A stretch of 64,000 nt of DNA from Carpediemonas membranifera BICM (lineage: Eukaryota; Protista; Fornicata). Below are positions 12,171 through 25,230 of the stretch, piece after piece; within the stretch, counting starts at the first letter, position 1; each line of letters opens with the position of its first letter. Below the pieces are notes generated by a model. It was not told where the DNA came from. It did no database searches and saw only the letters and a list, made by a program, of their open reading frames with translations. The stretch is from assembly GCA_019828565.1 (NCBI GenBank), contig JAHDYR010000012.1:496001-560000 (forward strand), read 5' to 3'. The position numbers and the translations under genes were made by a program.

Positions 12171-13622
12171 TTGCGCATGATGGTTTCCAAGACTTCTCGG
12201 GGTGACGACCAGTCGAGCTTGGCGAACCTGGAGAGCCTGTCCGCCTGGACATTCAGGTGTCCGGCAATATGGAAGCAGTGGACGTCGAGGCGCTTGGTTT
12301 CTGCCGTGTTGTAGATGTCCTGTAGGATCTGGTGTGCGGCTGGGGGAGGTTCGGCGATCCCCGTCTGTTTACCCAGCTGATGGCAGCTGAGTTGTCGGCA
12401 AAGACTGTGAGAGAGGAGCGTGACTCCTGCTGGGGCACGAGATTGATCGCCTGAGCGATCGCGAAGAGCTCCTTGACGCCAATGTGTTCCCCCTTGAGAT
12501 GAGGGGGAAGGCACCCTGTGATGCCGCTCCCTTCTCCCCATTGAACAGGCATGCTCCCCAGCCGGACGTTGATGCGTCTGAGGTGACAGAAATCTGGAGC
12601 GTATCGCGTATTTCCCAGTCCGCTCTTGCTTCGGCGAACCTCTTGGGTGGGCGATCGCGGAGGAGGACTTGCCACGCCGCCAGCTGCCTGCGGATTTGGC
12701 TGGAGAGGTGGACGGTCTCCGTCGAAGGGGTGGCCTGCAGTGGTCTGAGTGCGAGGCGGGCGAACTGTGTGGTCCCTGCGAAGAATGACAGACGGCCTAG
12801 GAGCTTCTGCCAGTCTGAAGCTGTGATGGACCCGACCCGGAGGGCCTTGGAGATCGTGGCCGTGTAGGCCTCGGCCTTGTCTTTTGAGATTCTTAGGGAC
12901 TCGCTTGCGGTGTCTATGTGGACACCTAGGTAGTCTACCTGCTGGGTCGGCGTGAGGACGCACTTGTTGAGGCCCGGTATCGCCCCCAGCGATAGCATGA
13001 GGTCGATGATCTGCGGGGTGACCGAAGCTAGGTACGATGGGGAGGCATGGGACACTAAGAAGTCGTCGAGATAGACCGCGATGGTCACCCCGAACCTGTG
13101 TGCGATGATCTTTGCAAGCTGTATGGTCGTGCTCTGGAACACGTACGGCGCCGCTGTCCATCCGAAGCCGAGTGTGTTGTACCTGAATGCGCGGCCGTCC
13201 GGTAGGACCACGCCTAGGAGGGGGGAGTCTCGCGAGGCGACGCCAAGTTGGTGGTATCCCGATGCTAGGTCTATCTTGATCATGTAGTCGTTCTTGTGCA
13301 GATTGCGGACCGCCCGTCTGATGCCGAACAGACGAAACACCCTCAGCTCTGCTGTCAACTCGTTCAGGGCTCGGAGGTCGTGCACGGGGCGGACATCGTC
13401 TTTGCCCTTCGACACCGCGAACAGGGGTGCGCTGTGACGCAGTTCGTCTATCGGGCACGGGGAGAGGACGCCCTTGGCGACTAGCTCTTCGATCTTCGGG
13501 AGTAGGCGGGGGTCCACTCGCCTTTGCGGTTCTGGTGGAGGGGGCGCAGAGGTGAGGTGGATAGGGACGCCATCCCGCAGCCAGCTTACTACCTCGGGGG
13601 AGGCACCGAGTCTTGCCCACAC
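11624..13622 (-). CDS. DIRS RT / RNase H / Dam-like methyltransferase polyprotein (one frameshift near 12490)
   Basis: IDLASGYHQ, LGFGW, YLDD, SDASTSGWG, KEL.AI, ADN, HIAGHLNVQADRLSR, then DW..P..WGPVEIDVTA..DW..IYIAPP. Confidence 0.88.
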
Positions 13623-14197
13623 CGGCCACTTTTTTGTTCATTGACGGGAACTGAACATCTGTGGCAAGGGCTACTTCTTGTGCTTCTTGTGAAACCCCCC
13701 TTTGTTCTGGGGCTGGTCCTTTCTCTTACCCTTGGCTCTGGCTTTGGCTGCGCAGTAGGAGATGGCACGGGGGTTTTGGTCTGGGACGTGTTGAACAAGT
13801 CGAGAAACAGTTCGCAGGTTGCGTCCGACCAGTTGTCGTCCTTGAGGTCCAGAAGGGTACGGCGTGCTTGGAGTTCCACCAGGAGTCTTGCTTTGAGCGG
13901 CTCGTCGTCGAGGGCGTTGACGATCACCATCACGCGGCGAAGCCACTTTGCTTCCGCCTTAAGTGGTCTCTTTGTCGGAAGCTCGCCGTATGCATCCATC
14001 TCTGCCAGTGTTTGGTCAATATCCGCTTCATCTTGTTCAGGGAAGAAATCAATTTGAGATTCCTTCGGCGGCTCGGTCTCGGGCGGCGGAGGAGGCGGAT
14101 TAAGCTTTGCAAGCTGTTGCGAGATGGTAGCGATTGAGGCTTCTAGGTTATTGAGCCTCGTTGCCGTCGGATCTGGATGTTCCGAATTTTCTACCAT
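13589..14197 (-). CDS. DIRS gag-like ORF1
   Basis: First ORF of the element, overlapping the RT ORF; coiled-coil-like and Pro-rich. C-terminus may be frameshifted. Confidence 0.65.
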   Translation of the reverse strand: MVENSEHPDPTATRLNNLEASIATISQQLAKLNPPPPPPETEPPKESQIDFFPEQDEADIDQTLAEMDAYGELPTKRPLKAEAKWLRRVMVIVNALDDEPLKARLLVELQARRTLLDLKDDNWSDATCELFLDLFNTSQTKTPVPSPTAQPKPEPRVRERTSPRTKGGFTRSTRSSPCHRCSVPVNEQKSGRCGQDSVPPPR

Positions 14198-14508
14198 TCT
14201 GCCCGCATAAACTGCGCGGCTCGCCTGGTCGGCGCATCACCATGCCGGAGCGAGGCGATCTCATTGCCCTCCGCTCACGGCCCGTTACCCGAGGTAACCT
14301 GTCAGCGCGATGTAACGCCAGCGAGCGGCGAGGCGCAGCCGAGCTTCGCGAGCCTGAGCGCAGCGAAGCAGTTTGAGGCTATGGGGTGCGTCGGGGTCCT
14401 CCGTCGCTCCACCCAGTGAGTCGCTGGCGAGTCAACAAAACCAACAAGAACACTCTGAAGCGCTCTGCACGAGCCGATTGCTACACCAATATCAGAATTG
14501 AGTAACAA

Positions 14509-17500
14509 TTAGTGGGAGAGGCCCAAATCCTCTGCTGCAGCATGTGCTGCGTCGCATTGCTTGATGAACGCTGCATATGTGTGCACTTGCCCTCTCATGC
14601 ACGCCAAGAAAGCGTTATCAGCCATCTCGCGGACCTGCTCAGCCTTAAGACCAAGTTCATCGCGCAAATCGTCCGTCCAGCCCCCTTCCGTGCACTCTTC
14701 CAACGTCACCGTTGTGAAGCGTCACCGCGGGTATGAGCTTGACGTCCCAGTTGGAGTACTGGGCGCACTTGCTCGTCATGGCCTGAGACACGTGGTTGCT
14801 GACGACGTTGTCAATGACGATTGCCTTCACGCCAGGTTTCGTGAGGAGGATGTCCGCCCGCGCCTTCATAGGCTTGGTCCGGTCAATGGTCCACTCACTG
14901 GCCTTGTTCAACCACACCTCGGACTGGACTCTCCAGCCATAACCCTTCAGGTCTCTCACCAGCCCGTCCTTGATAGCGTTGTGACGCTCGTCGTCCAGGC
15001 CTCCACGGAGGCATGGGCAGCACAGGGTGTGAGTAGCGTTGCACACAACGGACTGGTGGTTCACGGTGCGTGCCCTGCAGAGAGGGCAGACGTCAAATCC
15101 GGGCGTGAATGTGGGGAGGCCCAGGTGATTGCGGAAGATGGGGGCAACAGCGGCATCGGTTACCGAGCGCCCAAGAGAGGTCGGGTCGACCATCATGAAC
15201 GACCGAACGACGTTGGGCGAGACGGCGGCACTCACAGAGAGCTTGGTGGCAATAGATTCCTCAACGAGGCGAACCAAGTTCTTCTGCGTGTGGTCGGCGT
15301 CAAGAGCCTTCACATCGTCCAAGCCACTAGGCCAGTTCGACGGCGTGTTGAGCTGGGGCGGGAGACACTTGATGGCACCCGTCACGCTGTCAGGTGAGCG
15401 TGTAACACCCAGCCCTGCCAGTTGTCTCGTGGCCGCGAGGAACGCGGGAGCCCACACGACTGATGGCATTGCCAGCGCAAGCCCGCGTCTTTCTACCGGC
15501 ATACTCAGGCGGAGAGCAAAGTCGTCATCGACCTCAGCCTCGCTCGACAGGATTCGGAGGATGGCCGGGACCGCCTCTTTCTTCTCAAATCCGAGCTCAG
15601 CCTCGTAGAGACCGTTGCCGACTCCACCCGTTGCGGGGGGAACGTTACGGAAGAAGTGCTCCCACTTTGTGAGCGCACAATACTTCGCAATGATCAACGC
15701 AGGGGCAGTTGCCTCCGGCCCCTCCTTGGCCACCATCTCTCCGGCAGCGTTAAGGAGTTGCATCACGCGACAATTGACCTTGGCCAACTCACCCATCGCA
15801 TGAGCAGCGGACCCAACCGGAACGCCCACGAGGTTTAGGCTGCGTCTTCTTGGGACGCCTCCCGAGGTGTTGCCGTCGGTAACGTCTCTGTGTGCCACAA
15901 CGCACTTCGACTTGTTGAGCCGCAGGCCGACTTCGAGGAACTTCTCCCTCGCGATCTCGACAAGGTTGTTAGCCTCTCGGCCGACACCGGGCGTCTGCAA
16001 AGGCCGATCAGTCGTGGCGACTAGATCGTCTTGGTACGCTTGGAGGTGCCAACCCGGGAACGCCTCGCGCAGAACGTCCAGAATGGGCTTGATGCCCAGG
16101 CTGAACAGAATAGGGGACAGGGGATCTCCTTGATGTATGCCCTCAGCTGCCTTATCACTCCTCCTGACGTGGAGAATAGGAGCCCTTGGCGATACATCGT
16201 AGACAGGTAGGGCATGAGAGCAGGCATGTAAGCGCGTACCACGTCGAACATGAACGCCCTAGATAGGCATCCATAAGCGTTCGATAAGTCGAGGGAGACA
16301 ACAGTCCCTCCCTCCTCGTAGACCCTGGTCACGCTGTCACTCAGCCTCTCCAGGCCGCACTTCTCCCCCACCCCATACTGATCCTTGAGGGTCCGGTCGA
16401 CGTCGACCAGGCGGGCCCTCACAGCCCAGGCGAGAGCCTTCGCCGCAACCCGCCGAAGCGAGTCCCCGATGGCCACTCCTCGGATCTTCCCGGCCCCCTT
16501 GGGGACCGGGACAATGATGCAGTGGCTCAATGCCGCGGTGTAGGTCTCGCCGTTCAGGATGTCCTGTACGATCGGCATCAATGCGGCGATGAGGTCATGT
16601 CTGGCCACCTTCGCTGCTATTCTGATATGGAGGAAGGACAAGCCCGACGGCCCTGGGGGCCGCCTCGGCCTTTAGAGCGTGTAGTACAGTCTTGAGGGTC
16701 CTAGCGGACACCTCAACTGACTGCAGTGGCTCTGCGGGGACGTCCTTAAACGGAACATCTGGGCGCAGGCCACTGTAATCCTCCTGCAGTCTCTTCAGCT
16801 CTACATCCACCTCCTGTGGTGACAGGCCCGCATCCTCAGCTACCAGCGCAGTGGCTGCCTTGGACACGAACCCGTGGCGAACCAGTCGCATCACCTTACG
16901 CCACTTGGACGGGCGGCGCTTGGGGCCTTTCGATGCAACCGGCGGTGCGTACAGCGCCTTCGGGTACTCGAGTACCGTCCTCAGGGCCGCGCGCTTCTCG
17001 TCCTCGCTCTCCACGAGGGCCACCCGCTTGAGCTTCTCGATCAGGCCTCTGGCGAATTTCTCGCGTCCCCTCTTGGGGGGAGCGATCTTGCCAAGGAAGA
17101 GAGCCTGTCCCGGTGGTAGGAACACGTCGGGTCGATGGGCTGGGTGAGCGGGAGGGGCAGTCGGGGGGCTTGCGGTGAAGCCCACCGCGGTGACGTGCGC
17201 TGCTGCGCTCGGCTGCGATGACAGCTGGCTACCAGGGGCGTGGACCTCTTCGACAGATGGAAGGAGACTGGCAGGGTCGTTGTTGCCCATCACGTTTCTC
17301 CTGATCTCTCGGAAGAATTCGGCCGCCACCGACGGAGCTGTTTTGGCAGAACGCAGCGGTGTTGCTTTGGGAGTACTGCTAAGAGTAACACCCGCCGCGT
17401 CTAAGAGCCGCTTGAAGGAATCTACGATGTCCTTCAGTGCTCTCACCGTCAAACGCACAATCTTCTTGTTGTTCACGTCCTTCATCAGCTCGACGATGGC

Positions 17501-17674
17501 CGCTTCGGAGCACAGCGTATCAAACACTGTCTCTACGTTGCACCAACGTGCGTCAATGAACTCAGCATTGACGAATTTCGCGTAGTCGGTACGAACAGTC
17601 TGCAGCAGAAGCTGTACGTCCCGAGCAAGCGCGTTTTCGCGCCAATCGGACGTTATGGAAACTCTCATCGCCAT
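14509..17674 (-). CDS. Family B RT-RLE polyprotein (frameshifted copy)
   Basis: Fragments 16595-17737, 16021-16641, 14657-16000, 14509-14709. Confidence 0.78.
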
Positions 17675-17954
17675 CTGGCCTCCAGGATCAGCCTGGGGCG
17701 CAGAAAATGACGACATTTCCATTTCGGGAGGGAGCATCGTTTATTGCCTTTTGGACGAACAGTATTGCGAGCGGCGAGGCGCAGCCGAGCTTCGCGAGCC
17801 TGAGCGCAGCGAAGACGTCACTCTAGTGGTCAGTATGTCGGGTTTGAGGCACTGCTCGCTCCGAAATCTCCCTTTCGACTCTCCACTCAGTCACAACGAA
17901 CGCGAACGCGAATAACGCGCAGATCACGCTCAAAGTACAGAAACAACATCAGTA

Positions 17955-20140
17955 TTAGTGGTTGAGGCCATTAGCCTCAGCTTGACGGTGCGCAGCATCC
18001 GCCTGGCGCATGAACGCATGGAACACATGAACTTGCTGCCGCATACAGGCCATCATGACCGCGTCGGCAATCTGCCCAACAGTTTCGGCATCAAGGCCCA
18101 AAACGTCGCGCATCTCGTCGGTCCATCCTCTCCCATGCACAGCACCAACACCACCACTCTGGCGAACGACCACGGGAATAACCCGGACGTTCCAGTTGGC
18201 GTACTGCTCCTTCTTGCTCCGCATAGATGCAGACGCGTGATTGCTCACCACTACGTCAAGCACAACGGGTTCGGTATGGCCCGGTCTGGTCAAGAGGAGG
18301 TCCGCCCGCGCCTTGACCCGTTTGGTCCGGTCCACAGTCCACTCGCTGCCCCGTCCGAGCCAATGCTCAACTCTTACGCGCCAGGGGTGCCCGCGCAGCA
18401 GTTTGGCGAGCGTGTCGCGAATTTGGTCGTGCCGCTCCGATCCCAGCCCCTCCCTCAGGAAGGGACAGGTAAGAGAATGCTCGGCTGAGCAGGGGACAGA
18501 CCGGTGGTTAACACTACGGGCCAGGCATAGCGGACAGACGTCGTGGCCTGTCTCAAAGGCAGGAAGGCCGACATGGTTGCGAAGCATCGGTGCAGCACCC
18601 TCGTCACAGGGGTTACGACCCATAGCGGCTGGATCAGCCGCGAGTAGAGACCTGATCACGTTTGGCGAGTCGACTGAAACAGTCAGTTGGCTGGAAATGT
18701 TATCCTGCAGGAGGCGTACCAACTTCTTCTGCGTGCTCTCGAGTGAGAGCTTTCTGACATCGCCATATGATGTCGGCCAATCCTTGGGCGTCGCGGCGAG
18801 AGCCGGGATGCATGGCAGTGCGTCTTGGATGAGAGCCTCGGGCCTTTCGACCTTCAGCTCTATGAGTTGTCGTGCGGCACCCAGATAGGCTGGGGCCCAC
18901 ACAACAGAGGGCATGGCCAATCCGAGCCCGCCTTGACTGACCGGCAGACAGAGCCTTGCGGCGAAGTCCTTGTCAGTCTCTGCGCTGGACTGGAGCAGCT
19001 TCAGGATGGCGGGGACCACCTTCTGCTGTTCGAAGTCCAGTTGCGACTCGAACATGTCACCCCCGCCCGGCGAAACATTGCGGAAGAAGTGCTCCCACTT
19101 GGTGAGGGCACACAGTTTCGTCACTAGGAGGGCAGGGGCGACGGCTTCCGCGCCAATGTCAGAGACCATCGATGCAGCAGCGTCAAGCAGCTCCATAACC
19201 TTGCGGTTAGCAGAGCCTAGCTCCCGCATGATGTGCGTGGCGGAGCCGATTGGAACACCAACCAGCTTGGTATCGCGTCTCCGTGGGACGCCACCAGTTG
19301 TGTTGCCGTCAACGACATCCTTATGGGCTAGCACGCACTTGGCACGGTTGAGGCGGAGGCCAACCTCGTTGAACTTCTGAGCGGCGAGTTCTGTGAGATT
19401 GTTGGCCTCACGGCCGACCCCAGGCGACTGTAGCGGGCGGGTAGTGGTGGCTACAATGTCATCCTGGTAGGCACGGATGCACCACCCAGGGAAAGCCTCG
19501 CGCAAGACGTCCAGAATGGGCTTAACGCCTAAGCTGAAAAGAATTGGCGAGAGCGGGTCCCCTTGGTGAATGCCTTCAGCCGACCTCATGGTGATGCCGG
19601 AGGTAGAGAAAAGTAAGCCCCGTCGGTACATGGTCGACAGGTATGGGATGAGCGCCGGCATGTAGGCCGCCACCACCTTCATGGCGAAGGCCCTCGACAA
19701 GCATCCATAGGCGTTGGAAAGGTCGAGTGTGAGCACTGTACCGCCACTTCGGTAGACTGCACTCACCTCCTCTCCCAACCTCTCCAAGCCGCACTTCTCA
19801 CCTACTCCGAACTGGTCCTTCAGGGCACGATCGACGTCAACCAGCCGCTTACGGACGGACCAGGCGAGTGCCTTTGCCGCCACACGGCGAATAGAGTCGC
19901 CGATCGCGACCCCTCGGACCTTCCCTTCACCTTTCGGCACAGGGACGAGAATGCAATGACTGAACACATCAGTGTAAGCTTCTCCGTTCAGGATGTCCTG
20001 AACCAGCGGGAGCAGAGCCTGGACTAGTTCGCGCCTTGATGTCTTGTAGGCGATCTTCAGGTGAAGGAACGATAGCCCGGAGGGCCCCGGGGCCGCCTCA
20101 GACTTGAGTGTGTTGAGGATGGTCTTCAGAGTCTTAGAGG
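17955..20140 (-). pseudogene. Family A ORF, RT-RLE part downstream of the LTR insertion
   Basis: Open 731-aa frame with all RT and RLE motifs. Confidence 0.85.
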
Positions 20141-20230
20141 TGTTGGGCAATTTTAGTTATAACCATTTTTGCCCTTGATCGGGTTTCGAATAAACCTCAC
20201 TTCGTCATTAGTTCTCTTTATTTGGCCACA
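20141..20230 (+). repeat. 5' LTR of element 1
   Basis: Identical to 24088-24177. Confidence 0.96.
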
Positions 20231-20248
20231 GTAAGCTTACTCACCGCC

Positions 20249-23200
20249 ATGGACTATCAAACGATTTCAGCCCCTTTTCTCAACGACATTCGTTCCGAAA
20301 CGGCCTTCTGCAGCTTCAACGACAAGTTCGAGGCCTATTCCGCCCAAGTTCCCGACGACAGAGCACTATCTGTCCGTATGCTCATTTCCAGCCGTGTTTT
20401 ACGCCTGATCCGCCTTCGCATTGACAACTTTGACGACCTTCCAGATGAAAACGTCCTGTCGGCGATCTACTCCGCCTTCTTCGCTCCCAAGAGCACTCAG
20501 GCCGTTCTTTCTAAGCTGGAAGCAACCGCCATGTCCTCCACGACGGCCAGCAACAGCGCTCTGCTCGCCTACCTCGACAGGTTCGACCGCGTCGAGGACC
20601 TCTGTTCCACTTACCTCCCCGACGAGAAGACACTACGCCGCACTTTCATCCGCGGACTGTCCCCAGATTCACTGCGCCGCCGGGTCAAGGCCTCCGAACC
20701 TGAGACGCTCGCCGACGCCAAGCGTGCCGCCTTCCAAGAGGTCGAGACCTTGGCTGAGGCCAAGCGCACCATCGCCGAGTTCGGTCAGCCCGAGGTCCCG
20801 CGCCCTCAGGCCACACGTCCTCCTCCGAGCTTCCACCCCACTCGTCCTCACGCTACCGCAGCGCCTGCTCCCCACTTCCCATCCAACAAACCAGACAACC
20901 ATAAGCCTGCCGGTACCCCCTGCCAAGCCGCAGCCTGTCTGCCATGGATGCGGCCTCTCCGGCCACCTTAGGCCTGACTGCCCCAACAAGTCCAAGCCCG
21001 GCTTCTTCGCTACGGGCCGCCGGACGACGCCCATCTCTCTGAAGATGGCAACAAGCGGACCAGTCATGCGCCTCAGCACCAACGTACGAGCCTTCGCGCC
21101 CGTCGGCTCCCCTGCTCCCCAGAGCACCGACCGCGTCGACGCCCTGGTCGACACAGGCGCCTCCTCATCCTTCATCAGCCCAGTGCTGGCCAAGTCTCTG
21201 GGCCTGGTCATGATCCCTGATGAGCTCAAGATAAGCACGGCCAATGGCATCGCCACGTCTGCCCATCGCACGCTCCTTGACATCAAGGTCAACAGGTCTC
21301 CCCACTCAGTCGGAGGTACTATCAGCGCCCACGTCCTCAACACCGGTGAGCCCCTCATCCTTGGGTTCGACGTGATCCAAACGTTCAACCTACTGGCTCC
21401 TCCCGCGACTGAGCCTCAGGACCTCGGCGAGGTTACACCCCTTGACGAAGATGGCCAGATCGAGCTCGATGAAAACGTCGCAGCCCCGCTCGCGAGTTCG
21501 AAGACATCTTCGGTCCCATCCCTCGTGAGCCTGCCAAGGTTCAGCCTATGGAGATCGCCGTCACGGACGAAACTCCGACCCACGTTCCCCCTCGCCGGCT
21601 CTCCCCGGCCATGACTGAGGTCATCGATCGAGAGGTCGAGGCCCTCCTTGAGGCTGGCATCATCCGCCTATCGGAGTCGGCTTACTCCGCCCCTTGCTTC
21701 GTCGTGCCAAAGACGAACGGTGAACATAGGATGGTCGTAGACTACCGCCTCCTCAACTCAGTCAGCCGCGACTTCCGATTCCCCCTGCAGAACATTAAGT
21801 CCATCTTGTCTCGCCTGAATGGCAGCAAGTACTTCACCACGCTTGACCTGCGCAGTGGCTACCACCAGTTCCCCCTCGACGCAATAGCTGTTCCTAGGAC
21901 TGCATTTGCCACGCACAACGGCCTGTACGAGTTCGTTAGAGTCCCCTTCGGTCTCAAGAACGCGCCTTCCTACTTCCAGCGAGGCATGATGCGGATCTTA
22001 GCTCCACTCTTGGGCCGCGGGGTCGAGTGCTTCCTTGATGATGTCATCGTACACGCGTCTACGATCGAGGGCCACAACTCCCTTCTGCATCAGGTCTTCG
22101 AACTCGTCCGCGCCCACAACTTACGCCTGAAGCTGAGCAAGTGCGTCTTCCTCCGCACCGAGCTCGAGTTCGTCGGCCACACGGTCTGCTCACAGGGCAT
22201 CAGCATCTCCAGCTGGCGCAAGGAAGCCCTCGGCTCAATGACCGTTCCGTCAAACCCCTCCGAGCTGCGAAGCTTCTGCGGTCTCGCGAACTATTACCGT
22301 GACCATGTCGCAGATTTCGCCCGTATCATGGCTCCCCTGTACGACCTCTGCGGCTCCAAGACCGTTTTCGAGTGGGGTGAGTCCGAACAGACTGCTTGGG
22401 ACACCGTCAAGCGCGCTATCGTCCAGGCACCCCTCCTATCTTTCCCAGACTACTCGAAGCCCCTGGTGATCAAGACCGACGCTTCTTCGCTCGGCTGTGG
22501 CGCTCTCCTCGCGCAGCAAGATCCCGTCTCCGGCAAGGGAGGCACCTGTCGCCTTCGTCTCGCGCCGCTTCACGATGACTGAGTCAGCTTGGGCCACGAT
22601 CGAGCAAGAAGCATATGGAATCTTCTTCGCCATCACCAAGTTCGATCCGTTCATCCGAGGCCAGTTCTTCGAGGTCCAGACCGATCATAAGAACTTGATC
22701 TACATGTCGCGCAGTGAGACCCCGAAGGTCGTGCGCTGGAGCCTCCGTCTCCAAGAGTATGTCTTCGTGATTCATCACATCCCCGGCCTCGACAACGCGG
22801 CCGCAGATGTCCTCTCTCGCTGTCTCAAGGCTGTCACTTCCCTGTCTGACCATCATGTGGACATTGAGTCCGTGCATGGTCCCGTCGCCGGCCATATGGG
22901 CGCGGTGACCACCATGGAGCGCCTCAAGCTCCGCGGCATCGAATGGACCAACATGCTGGATGACATCAAGGGCTTTATTGCCTCATGCCCCATCTGTCAG
23001 AAGGTCCGCGAGACAGCCAAGAAGACGACTTCTACCCTGCGTCCTACGTTCTCCTCTGACCCGTTCGTGGCCGTCTCCATCGACACTATGGGTCCCTTCC
23101 CGGAGGATGACTTTGGTAACAAGTTTATCATCGTCACGGTTGACAACTTCTCACGCTTTACAGAGCTAGTCGCTGTCCCTTCAACTTCCTCCGAGTCTGC

Positions 23201-24077
23201 CTGCCGCGCATTCATCCAGTTCGCCGGCCACTACGGATTCCCTCAGACCGTCCGCACTGATGGCGGCTCCCAGTTCACTGCCAAGCTCTTCAAGGAGATC
23301 TTGGCCTCCCTGCACGTGGCCCACACCGTCACGCTGCCCTACCACCACCGCGCGAACGGCCTAGTCGAGAGGGTCAACCGCGAGGTGAACCGTCATCTCG
23401 TCGCCTTGACCTCTGAACTCAGACTCTCCTCCAAGTGGTCTCTGTACCTGCCCATGGTCCAACGCCTTCTTAACGCTACCACCAACTCTAGCATTGGCAT
23501 GTCACCCGCTGCCCTCGTCTTCGGCACCGCCGTCAACCTCGACCGCAGCATCATCGACGTAGTGTCACAGGGAGAGGGAGAGCACCCAGACATCGTCCAA
23601 ATCCAGGAGATCCTCGTTCAAGCAGCCCGCCTTAACCAGGATCAGACCTTCAACCCCGGCCCTTCAACCTCGGACGTCTTTGCCATCGGCGACCAGGTCT
23701 TAGTAACCTACCCGACGCGTCCCGACAGCAAGTTGACCCCCAAGCTCATGGGCCCCTACACCATAACTTCCCGCTCGAACGACATTTACGAGGTTATCAA
23801 TCCTGCGACTCGTCGCACCCAGACCTATCACGCCACACGCCTCCGCCGCTTCGTCTCCAATGGCCTCCTCACTGACATCGAGCTCGTCGCCATGGACGAG
23901 GACTCCTACCTTGTACAAGAGATCCTGGCCCACCGTGGCGGCCCCAACAAGACCTCCTTCGAGTTTCTCATCCGCTGGGATGGCTATGGTGCCGAGGACG
24001 ACCAATGGCTTCCCTACCTCGAGGTCAGGGACCTCGAGGCTCTCGACTATTATCTCGAGTGTCACCCACTCTTCTAA
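20249..24077 (+). CDS. Gag-Pol (zinc knuckle, protease, RT, RNase H, integrase, chromodomain), three frameshifts
   Basis: CHGCGLSGHLRPDC, LVDTGA, LDLRSGYHQ, FLDD, TDAS, H..H..CPIC, D-D-E (IDTMGP/TDGG/VER), YLVQEIL..FLIRWDGY..W. Confidence 0.92.
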
Positions 24078-24087
24078 GAGAGAGAAG

Positions 24088-24177
24088 TGTTGGGCAATTT
24101 TAGTTATAACCATTTTTGCCCTTGATCGGGTTTCGAATAAACCTCACTTCGTCATTAGTTCTCTTTATTTGGCCACA
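24088..24177 (+). repeat. 3' LTR of element 1
   Basis: Identical to 20141-20230. Confidence 0.96.
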
Positions 24178-25230
24178 GAGGAAACTTCGACACACTGCAG
24201 GGGGTTCTCGGGGACTTCTCGCATGGGGACGTCGGGACAAAGCCCGTTGAACCCAACCTGGAGGTCCCGCAGTTGAGCGTCGATTTCAGTCGGTGTCAGG
24301 TCAGTCTCATTGGCTACCATGGACGTGGCGGCCTTCGAGACAAACCCGTGGCGAATCAGGTTCAGCGTCCGACGCCACTTGCTCGCGCTAGCGCGTCGTC
24401 CGCCTCGGTCCGACGGCGGTGCGTACAGCGTCTTGGGGTAGTCTACAACCTTAAGAGCCTCAGCCCGCTTGGCGTCGTCACCTGTCGCGTTGTTCACCTC
24501 CCTCAATCGTTCAATAAGGCCTCGTGTGAACTTCTCGCGCCCGCGCTTGGGCGGAGCGATCTTTCCGAGAAACAAGGCCTGACCCGGGGGAAGGAAGACA
24601 TCGGGTCGATGAGCAGGGGTAGTGGGAGGTGCTGATGGCGGGGTTAGGGGAAACCAACCGCCGAAACGTGAGCTGCCGTGTCTGCCTGGACCTCTTCGTC
24701 AACAGGCTGCGATGACAGACCCTCGTCGTCCGTCGCGATCTCTACTGCAGAGGGAGGGACATTTGCAGCGGTCTCTGGACGCATAGCGTTGTCTCGTATC
24801 GTGCAGGCGATAATCGCAATGGACTTGGGGGCTGTGTTTGCAGAACGCAACGAAGTTGCCGTTGGCAGCGCCTGTGTGGTGATGCTGTGGGCCTTAAGGA
24901 GGTCCTTGAAGCTGTCAGCAATCGCCTTCAGGGCTTTCACGGTAAAGCGTACGATGTGTTTGTTCTGGACGTCGCGCATGAGCTCGACAACCGCAGTTTC
25001 AGAGCACAATGTGTTGAACACCGTGTCCGTATCACACCACAGTCTGTCAATTAGGCTTATGTCGACGAACTTCGCGTAGGTGCTATGAACTTCGGTAAGA
25101 AGAGCACGAACATCCTCGGCGAAGACGCTTTCGCGCCATACGAGTCTCGTACGTCGTCGAGTCACCATCTGGCCTCCAGGATCAGCCTGGGGCACAGAAA
25201 ATGACGACATTTCCATTTCGGGAGGGAGCA

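Larger units (their letters stand above)
10646..14319 (-). mobile_element. DIRS-type tyrosine-recombinase retrotransposon
   Basis: Overlapping gag, RT-RNaseH-MTase and YR ORFs. Interrupts ...TGTCT-AGC-GAGCGG..., with AGC present at both junctions (10643-45 and 14320-22). Confidence 0.92.
10613..17736 (-). mobile_element. Unit 4, family B, with a DIRS element inserted in its 3' end
   Basis: Tail 10613-10643; body resumes at 14320; ORF 17674->14509. Confidence 0.9.
20141..24177 (+). mobile_element. Ty3/gypsy chromovirus-like LTR retrotransposon 1, full length
   Basis: Identical 90-bp TG..CA LTRs, 4-bp TSD GAGG, PPT AAGAGAGAGAAG before the 3' LTR. Confidence 0.96.
17737..25230 (-). mobile_element. 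Unit 5, family A, interrupted by Ty3/gypsy element 1
   Basis: ORF 25168->17955 split at 20140/24178. Confidence 0.9.

Noticed and set aside
20900-22560. Frameshifts in gag-pol as programmed recoding
   Set aside because: Similar one-base indels occur throughout the window, mostly in homopolymers and even inside domains; they cannot be told from sequencing error without reads
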